A stretch of DNA of 64,000 bases. Source: Azolla caroliniana. Taxonomy: Eukaryota > Plantae > Polypodiophyta. The stretch's first letter is position 1; every line of letters begins with the position of its first letter. The translations under genes and the position numbers were made by a program. This document shows positions 54,982-64,000 of the stretch, one piece after another. The notes under the pieces are model-generated. The model was not told where the DNA came from. It did not search any database and was given only the letters and a program-made list of their open reading frames with translations. The stretch is taken from contig JBHGNT010000009.1 of assembly GCA_043228905.1 (NCBI GenBank), forward strand, positions 20,274,001 to 20,338,000, written 5' to 3'.

Positions 54982-55012
<31 letters not shown>
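53730..55012 (+). mobile_element. Three stacked 5'-truncated LINE 3' ends (~53730-53814, 53818-54169, 54167-55012)
   Basis: Each ends in the same 3' UTR (atgtaatctctt...ggccattttg). The last encodes ERICQLC...ESEEHYVCHC and ends in (CTTT)7. Confidence 0.88.
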
Positions 55013-55509
55013 GTCCCATCATGATGATTTGGTAACTCCCCTTCTTAGGAAGGAGTCACATACAAAATGATATGTCAATTTTGGACCCATACGTCAATTT
55101 TGGCCTCCTCATGAATGATATTCTATTCAAGAGGATCGCATAATAGCATTCTAGATTGTGGGAATTCCCAAAATTTGTCATAATGTTAACACTATTACAA
55201 AAACGGGATCCTACATTATTTTCACAAAACATCAAGTGTCATAAACTGATATTCTGCATGAAAAATAGCTTTACTTCTAAGGCAAATTCTAACATAGAAA
55301 AACTCGATTCAGATTGACAGGGCTTCTCAGGGCAGATAAATGCACATAAACTACCAAAGATTTTGTTCAGAAACTTAACAAGGACAAATAAACTAAACAA
55401 AACCATATAAACTCAATTAATAGCATATAAATTACCAAAGTAAAGAGTACAGAAAGAAAGGGATGTTTCAGAAGCCTTGATTTCAGTTGAATAACACTAG
55501 CTCTACTGG

Positions 55510-55830
55510 TTTGAAACATACATGCATGTATACACATACACGTAAGCATTCATCTACATACATGCATGCGTGTCAGTGTACATTCATAGATGCTATGTAT
55601 GCATGTCAAGTGTACATTCATAGATGTTATGTATGCATGTACATGCATATATCTATATCCATGGCCGTATCATACATGCATACATATCATATCCATATGC
55701 ATATCAAACATACATACATATCACATCCATATGAATATGCATATGTACATACAAACTAAGCATGTCGATCATGTCCCTATCATGCATGAGGAATGCAACT
55801 AATATCCATGTCCGTACATACCTGTGTGTG
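55510..55830. repeat. CATA/CATG-rich low-complexity tract
   Basis: Direct reading; it yields spurious His/Met/Tyr-rich ORFs. Confidence 0.8.
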
Positions 55831-57844
55831 TAGATATGGATTCTTGTTCCCCGGGGCACAGAAAAGGGAGATGTTTTTTTTGTTTTTTTTTCTGGTTTGG
55901 GGAGGCGCTGCTTCTCTTGGCGCAGGCAACGCTTTGAAGCCCTTCCTTCCTGTTCTCTGATTCCATAAGATTCGTGATTCCATAAGATTCTCTTCTTCAT
56001 TGCTAAAGACCCCCCCCCATATGTTGATGTGACCCAAAATCATGATAAACACAAGCAGCCCCAAAAAACACACACACACATTTGCTAGGCACTTGCATTC
56101 GGTTTCCCTCGTAATTGCGCCGCCTTCTTGTTCTCTCAAGTGTTGTATGTGTCCTGTCTGCGGCCCGGAAAGGCCTTGCGCCCATACCCTCCTCGTTCTG
56201 TGTCGTGCCTTTTCTTCTCACATGGCCTTGCCTCGCCATCAAGAGCCAATCCAATCCATCGCACCGCCCTTTTTTGTGCTCATTGTACACAATCAAGGAA
56301 CTTTTCTGTTGTCCGAAGAACGCGATGTGGTTGGCATGTCCGCTGAATCGAGCGTCGTATGTTGCCGGTATCAAATCGCTCTCGCGTGTTCCCCAGTACC
56401 GAACAAGCATGATCCGTGTCTTTTTACATAATTGTTTGCCATGTGTTTCGTGGTGTGTGTGTTTACCAGTCCCTTCTATTGTGTTGTGAGAATGAGATTT
56501 GGAAAGTTTTTGCTATGTGAAGACCATGATTTGTTTATGAATTGCGTGTTATTATGTCTTTACGAGATTATTCATTGCGTTCCCTAATGCCTTTCTAGCA
56601 TTGTCTCGTTAAATGCCATTGGATTGTATTGATATCATTATTTGGAAACATTTTGTAGCATTAGTAATGTTATTAGGCTAACTTCCTTGACCTTACAAGA
56701 GTACATAACTTTCACTTGTGGTTTTCCCTTTACCTTTGATATAATTAGAGTGCTTTATTCTCATTTTTTTTTGGGGGGGGGGGGGGGGGGAATGAGAGAG
56801 TACTCTATTCTCTTTATTTGATGTTTTGTCTTTATTAATGTTGTCCTTCTATGCAATAGCTCATACTCTCTCGTGATGATAAGTTAATTAGGATATCACA
56901 TAATGTTCTGAGTTTAGAACCTAATGCATATTTGTCACGCTTTATATGCCACATTAGTGTATTGAAATAATGAACTTACCATCTCCAAACCGCTAAACAT
57001 ATCCATCTAAACTATAGAACGATATATTGGCAATGCACTCCCCATTTTGCAACATTGTCAATATCTTTATTGCTAAGGATTAAAGGTGCATCACATAATG
57101 TTCCTCGCCCCTATCTATCAATTATTCACCAAAATCCAAAGACAAATCATATGGTGGGGTTTTCATCATAGGATAGAATTTGATTAAACTTCAACATGTA
57201 CACAAATGTGGAACATGAGCAATACCATATCTAGAACATCACATAGTGGCTAGAATAGTTGTTGCAAAAACTTAAATTGGAAGAGTGTAAATTTTGGGCT
57301 TCCTCCATACAACCATCAAAGAGAATGGCATGGTATAACCAACACCTCACAATTCTCTATGGTTTAGGGAAAAGGAGAAGGTGTTCCTTGTTTGATCAAT
57401 AAATCAAGTACATATAAATTAATATACAACTCACAAACCCATCATTTGCCTTTGCAATTTGATTTTTTTTATAGTAAACAACATAATAGTATCCCATGAA
57501 GTCGTACACAACTTGATCTTTGCCTTTTTTGTAGGCATATTAAGGGCTCAATGATTTTAAGTAGCCACGAACGAAAAAATAACCTTAACGTGCTAAACAA
57601 CAACATGAGAGAATTGCCTAGGAATGTTCTGTATTTATAGCTCATGAATATTTCTTGAACAAATCAAACAAAAGTCCACACATTAACAATGTCATGCAAA
57701 GGTGCGCCTCAAACTATGGCTTGTTTATAGAATGATAATCTTTGGAATGTGAAAGGTAACTGTCCCCTTTTATACTACACAATGTCGGGTAGGGCATCCT
57801 GGGGTTGTGCATGTCAAAGAGCAAGGGTTTAGTTCACCAGATAG

Positions 57845-58320
57845 ATGTCATTCGAACACGATAAAGTGATTGGCCACTTTATAATGTGCGGTGTCACGTT
57901 AGGCATTTCTGTGTGCGCCCGAGAGTGAGGGTGTGCTTGTCAGATGGATGTCTTTGGAACACAGTAAGTGAGTGCGCCATTTTCTACAAGAGTGACACCC
58001 AAGGCATATGAGACGAGATTGGCTAGTTTATACAAATGGATGTCTTTGGAACATGATAAGTGACTGTGTCGATATCACTACCAACAGTGACACACGAGGC
58101 ATATGATGCAGGAGTGACTAGTTTCTACTGATGGATGTCTTTGGAACATGATAAGTATTGCGTCAATATCTATGTCAGGAGTGACACGCGAGGCATACAA
58201 CACAAGATTGGCTAGTTTTTATTGATAGATGTATTTGGAACATGATAAGTGATTGTGTCAGTATCTACGTTAGGCATACGACACGAGATTGGCCGATTTC
58301 AATGGGAGTGATAAGTGATG
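57845..58320. repeat. Diverged ~85-95-bp tandem array, ~5 copies, upstream of the UBP gene
   Basis: gatgtctttggaacatgataagtga...agtgacac.cgaggcata.ga..cgagattggctagttt recurs at ~57845, 57948, 58039, 58134 and 58228. A partial unit appears again at 58750-58810. Confidence 0.8.
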
Positions 58321-58334
58321 CATTCGATAGGCCA

Positions 58335-58725
58335 CTCCACATAACAATCCCCAAAAATTCGGTTTAGTTCAAGAGTGTCAAAACCAAACCGTTTTAAAAA
58401 TTTGAAACTTGAACTAAACTAAACCGCGAAGCCATTTAAACAGAAACTGTTTAAACCGAACGGTTACAAGAAATCCAAACCGTTTAACTATTAATGCGTA
58501 AAAACCGCGGTTTCGTGGTTCGGACTTAGTTTTGAAGTTATAAGTCAAAATTCAAAATTCAAAATTTAAAGATTTTTCCTAAAATGTGAGAATTAGGCTT
58601 ACAAATGAAAAGGTTATTTAAAAACAATATTAAAAATAAAAAATAAAATCAACAGGCAACCATCAAACCGTTTTAGCCGAACCGAATTGTTAAAAAAACT
58701 TGAACCTAGAACCGAACTATGGTCG
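58335..58725. mobile_element. Possible MITE / non-autonomous DNA transposon rich in AAACCG and CGGTT motifs
   Basis: Dense aaaccg/aaccgaa repeats in both orientations with an AT-rich core. TIR and TSD were not resolved. Confidence 0.4.
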
Positions 58726-59213
58726 ATTGTAAGCTCCGCGATTGTCCAATTTCTATAGGAGTGACACGCGAGCGTCCGCTCCGTGATTGGCCGGTTTTCT
58801 ATTGGACTGATATACGAGAGGCATCGGGCCGAGGCTAAGTTGTCTTCTTTTTTAAACTGTGGAGGCATTTATTTGTGTATATTCTTCCCATATGCATCAA
58901 TCATTTCATTATTGTCAAGCTCAAAGTTATGTATACATATATTAAAAGGACGAATAAGAAGAAGGCCTCACTCGTATTAAGAGTTAGGCCATGATAGAAG
59001 AAGAAAAAGAAAGAAAGAAAGACAGAAAGACTCGGTTAGGGAAGAAGCAAGTAAATGAGAGATTGCTGCATCGATCAAATAGCCCTGCCTGTGCAGAACC
59101 ATCACCATCACCATCACCATCACCATCAGAACAACAGGACTCCTTCTCTTCCCAATCCTCATCGTCTCCAGTGGAGAACGCAGAAGACACCTTCTTCTTC
59201 TTCTTCTTCTTCC

Positions 59214-59330
59214 ATGGGGATATCTGGATCTAAGCTCGAGAAAGCGTTGGGGGATCAGTTCCCCGAAGGAGAGCGGTACTTTGGCCTGGAAAACTTCGGA
59301 AATACTTGCTATTGCAATAGTGTCTTACAG
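59214..59330 (+). CDS. UBP3: Ubiquitin-specific protease UBP3/UBP4 (USP12/USP46 family), exon 1; gene continues beyond the window
   Basis: [39 protein letters not shown] contains the USP Cys box and an N-myristoylation-type MG start, followed by a GT donor at 59331. No second exon is seen before 64000. Confidence 0.93.
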
Positions 59331-61049
59331 GTCAGCCTTAATCATACATTTCTTTTCTTTTTCCTTAGTTTACTCGGTCCATCCAGTCTGTTGATTTCTT
59401 TGAGCATTTTTATATCACCGGCGTAGGATTTTGATTCCACTTTTGGTTTCTTCTATCGTTTCTTGATTTCTTCCACTCTTGGTTTCTGTCTAATATTGCA
59501 TTCATTTTTCGAAAGTTTCCATTTTTTCTTCTTCTTTGCTTATTTCTTCTGGGTTTCCTTTTTCATGCATGAGGTAATATGCGATTATGAGAAAAGGGCA
59601 CCCCATTGGTTGGAATTTAACAGAATATCGATATATTTGCAATGGATGTTTTCCCACCATGAACAAAATCTGTCATGAACAATTCTAACTGGCATGTCCA
59701 AACATTTGACACGTGTTTTTATTAGAAATATTGAGAATCGAGTAGATAGGTATATAGAGTTACAACTGCAGAGATGGATATATGAAAACAGAATTTCTAT
59801 TACATATGAGAGTAGTTCAAAATGGTAGTTTTCCCATGCGCTCACACCTTAGAGCTTAGATAGGATATGGACCGGCTCACTACAAAATTAGTGGGGACTA
59901 ATGATCAATCTGACCACTGTGTGAGAAAAGTGACTTATAATCTATGTTTGGTCTTAGTATAAATGTGCAAGTCAGTTGACAGTAGTGGAGATATTCCTTT
60001 TCTGTCAACTGACTTGTCATTTAATATGACCCAACTCCCTAGGTACAGGCTAGTGCTAGATAATACTTATCTTGAAGTCAATGACGCATACTTCAAGACT
60101 AAGTACATCGTAACTTGCCCACAAAATATTCTAGCTGACTTGATTAGCCAATCCTTTTATCTATTTCTCTCTTTCCTAAATATATTGTGTCCTACGCATC
60201 TACGGTTTCCTAGATTAACACCTTATCGACCCATATGGTCGAGTTGCACACTAGCCGCTCCTCATTTGGGGCGCTATCACAAAATGTGCACTCTAAGAGC
60301 ACATATGGGGATAGATTTACAACTTGGGGCTGATCATTGATTATATCTAACAGTTTTAACGAATGGGACACTTTTTTCCTGAACATGGTTGGATTGTTTG
60401 GTGGACATTTAGCCTTGTTGATAAATGTTTATCTGCTTTTGAAACTGTGGCTAGTGGTTGGAAGAAAATTTGTTGAAATAATTTATTAACAATTTTCTCA
60501 ATATCTGAAAGCCTTCTTTCTGAATCATCTGAAAGTTGGAAGGTATTTAGTGTACATCTAAATTCACAATGTAAAGGTAATTTTCAAATAAGCTCCGATT
60601 AGATTTTTCTTTCAACCACCAAAGATGCCCCCCCATAGCTTATTACTATTTTCTGGATGGATAGATGCTAGAGGTGGACAAAACAACTAAAGGCCTGGTT
60701 GACCTTAGTTAGCAAGTATGCTGAATAAGCTCATCCATGGGCAGTCTCTAAATACATGCACATATATATATATATATCTCAGCAGATGTGATCTCAATGG
60801 CAGATCCCAATCACATTACTTTGTTAGCTTTTTATAGAACTCTAACTTACATACTTGATATCCTTTTTTTTAAACATTAGGAGTGCAATATCATTAGTTA
60901 CATGTGAACTGCAATTTCCGTAAATACAAATGGGATATTAAAATAATCAATAGTAATATGTTTTTGTAATGGTGTATTTTCCAACAATTCTTGTACTAAT
61001 GCTCTCTAAGGACAAATGTTGGGTATTTTGAAGTTACCTTCAAGAACAA

Positions 61050-62200
61050 TGACATTGCTATGTATGTATACGCTCATCAATGCATAGCTTGTAAACTCCT
61101 TGATGAACAAGGATATAGATGGAAATCTGTATGTCAGCCCCAACTGTAGAAACCAGGAAGCACTGTAGACTCTGGAGGAGTGGCCATGCTGTACAAAAAG
61201 GAGCTCCACAATAGAGTGCATGTTGTGCATTAAGATGTAGATGCACGTTATGTGGATACAAATAAAAAGAGGGGATCTTAGGGAACTATATATTGCAAAA
61301 CTTTCCATTCAAGGTTTGCACCTCTCAGAGAATCAACATATCTACCACTATATGATTATATCATAAGATTTGCTACTATGGGGGACATAATACTATTAGG
61401 AGACTTCAATGCACAAACAAAGGATGAACAAACAACTATGTTTGACACCAATGAGGTTGTTTATGGAGAAGTTACATCAGAAGAGGTTGGTCTAAAGTGA
61501 CAAGCTCAAGATATGAGTGAAGTAATGGATTATGGCAAATACTTTCTAGCCTTGAGAAGTGCACATGGATTTGTGACAATGGCTAGGATCAAGTGCTTTG
61601 ACATATTAGACTCCAAAAGGATGTGCAAGCACAATCGATTACCTGATGGGATTTCCATCTCTTATACTTGAATAACAGATGTCACTATATCTATTAGACC
61701 TATTAGCTTGGCAGCAGATCATGCACATCTACGCTTTGAGATGAAGAATGGATGCACAAGGGATGTATATGCTAAGAAGGAGAGTGAGATGCTAAGTACC
61801 AATTTACTCGAGTGACAATTGATGTGTATAGTTGAGTATATAATGGCATGCTAGACTTGGATCCTTTCGTATACCTAGATGAAGTTTCACATGTATTGTC
61901 AAAGTCATTGTATAAGCAGCCATAAATGCCTTTCCCTATGCTATGAACAATGCCTCCAAACCTGGTAGTCATGCAAAATAGTTGGTATGATGGGAAACGA
62001 CGTGATACAAGGAGATACTTGTAGCGCGAAGTAACTCAGGGTGTTTATACACAGAAACAAGCAAAAGCAACCTTCCAATGCCTCGTGAGGAAGAAGACGA
62101 GATTTTATTGAGCTAAATTTGAAGATAATTTGTATTGCTTGTTTCTAGGGCAAGAAAGTAAAAGAGCACAAAACATGTTTAATGAGAGGCAACCTACCAC
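61050..62200 (+). mobile_element. Highly decayed LINE ORF2 endonuclease region, in the UBP intron
   Basis: APE motifs in broken frames: ILLGDFNA (~61390), STIDYLMG (~61630) and ADHAHL (~61715). Confidence 0.7.
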
Positions 62201-62344
62201 ACTGTTGGAGGGTGGCAGCTCCAGGCCTTCACTCTTTTTCATCTTCATTATCTTTGTTCTACATTCTCTCTCTTCCTAGTTTCTTCTCTCTCTATAATTT
62301 GCAACTCTTTAAATGCCTTCTCTCTCTAGAATCTGCAACGCTTT

Positions 62345-64000
62345 AAATGCCCTTTCTCTCTTTTTGTACGGACAAAGGTTTGTCAATCAACATGAATAAA
62401 ACTAAAGTGATGGTGTTTAACACCACCCAAGCATGGGTAACAAGATCAGAATCAGAATTCTTCTTGGGAGAGGAAAAGGTAGAATACACACGCTCCTACA
62501 CATACCTAGGAGTAACATTTACAGGACCTAGGTTCTCCTTATAGGAGGCCGCTTGTGCTCGACTTTCTCATGCATATGCAGCCCTTGGTGCTCTTGAGAG
62601 ACAATGTGCACATTTGCAGTTCCAAGAGCCACAGACTAAGCTATGGTTATTTGATACACTTGTCACACCAACTCTTCTCTATGGAGTAGAGACATGAGGA
62701 CCGAGTCTTAAGGCAAATCATTGGAAAGATTTAGAGAGACCTTTAGTGTCAATGATTGCTCGCATGATAAGGAGCAAAGCATCGGTGCCCCATGATATAA
62801 TCCGGGCAGAGATGGGAGCAACACCTATAATAACCGAGGTGTTGTTCTAATCAGTGACATTTATCCAACGTCTTTGGGAGCTCCCTAAACGAAGGTACCC
62901 AAGGTTGGCACTTATGTCATCAAAACAACTGGCTGAAAATGGACACTCATTGTTGGTATGCTCAAATGCAGCAATGGTTTGAGTCACATGGCATGAGTAT
63001 AAATGCCCTACCCCCGTTCCAATATAGCTTGGACTGTCCCCATCTAAATATGACCAAAGTGGAAAAGAATAGAGTGATCCGAACTGATATTATTAACTTG
63101 GAAAACAAGATAACATGGATCAGCCCCAAAATACCACTTGGTACAAAGATGGCCTACTATAAGACACACTTCTTACATACATCGGAGGATGGATTTGTCA
63201 TCAGGCCACCTTATATGGACATACATCTATCCTATGCGCTGTGTAGTGTGATAGGGCAGCTAAGAACTTCATCACATCAGCTACAGATTGAGGTAGGCAG
63301 ATATACACGACTACCTCTAGAAGAGAGAATTTGCCAATTGTGTCATCAAGGAGTGGAATTTGAGGAACACTATGTTTGTCATTGTAGTGTCTTTTATGAA
63401 ATCAGAGGGAGATACCATTGCCTCTTTAAACAAGGCTTTGGCCCACTACGCAAAGTAATGGAATATGAGGACCAACAATGCCTAGGACTTTTCTTGCTAG
63501 AGCTCAAGAGACATCAGGAAAAGTTGTTGAAGAATACAGCCACACAAGCTCATCCACAAAGAACAATCGCAACTTTCTTTAGCCCCATCACTCCTACTAA
63601 TCCTACAAGTCCATCACGGGATACACAAATGGGCTCCAGACCAGGACATAACGAAGGGGTTACAATCGATCAGGCAATGGCAATTTGCCGTGCATGTAGG
63701 CCTCGGTCCCATGGACCACGACCTCGACACCCTTGTCATCGACAGATAAAAGCCATTATCTCCTGTCATCGTAGGTGCTTCCCTCGCTTCGGAGACATTT
63801 CCATTTTGGATCGACCTATGCTAGAGATCTTCGGAAGACAAAAGCTACAATATACCTAACTTGAGGATCTCACATGTGCCAAAAACCAGATTCCCTCATT
63901 TCTTTTCATTTCATGTTATTTACTTTTATATTTACTGTGTAATATTTATTTTATTTTGATTTGTTCTCAAAGACGAGACAACACTTAATATGCAATCTCT
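62345..64000 (+). mobile_element. LINE 3' portion (RT C-terminus, Cys/His finger, 3' UTR), same family as 54167-55012
   Basis: LSINMNKTKVMVF...YTYLGV, LLYGVE, LRTSSHQLQIEVGRY...ERICQLC...EEHYVCHC; several stops; shared 3' UTR. Confidence 0.9.

Noticed and set aside
55487-56489. Cluster of overlapping short ORFs
   Set aside because: Low-complexity or promoter/5' UTR-like sequence with no recognisable protein motifs.

Overview
This is plant nuclear DNA, most likely from a fern or another spore-bearing vascular plant; that assignment is inferred from spliceosomal introns, TE types and a divergent rpoC2-like plastid insert. Host genes: (1) a complete 6-exon JMJD5/KDM8 (JMJ30-like) gene, 1720-4363 (+); (2) a 9-exon minus-strand gene reconstructed by hand, 11823-5533, ~1478 aa, with two predicted PH-like domains and a ~1250-aa disordered tail packed with RKS and S-RFxV motifs; (3) a giant paralog, ~53116-42375 (-), ~3460 aa if a predicted 92-nt intron removes a frameshift, built from four macro-repeats and apparently lacking the PH exons; (4) exon 1 of a UBP3/UBP4-type deubiquitinase at 59214-59330. 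Between the two paralogs is a ~27-kb TE nest: Mutator-like elements carrying an Ulp1-like protease gene, three solo LTRs, and a Copia > chromoviral Gypsy > Copia stack. There are also several LINE fragments, a chimeric plastid insert (psbC + rpoC2) and tandem repeats. The most novel-looking element is the PH-PH/RKS-RFxV repeat-protein family. All domain calls are by eye and need HMM or structure confirmation.
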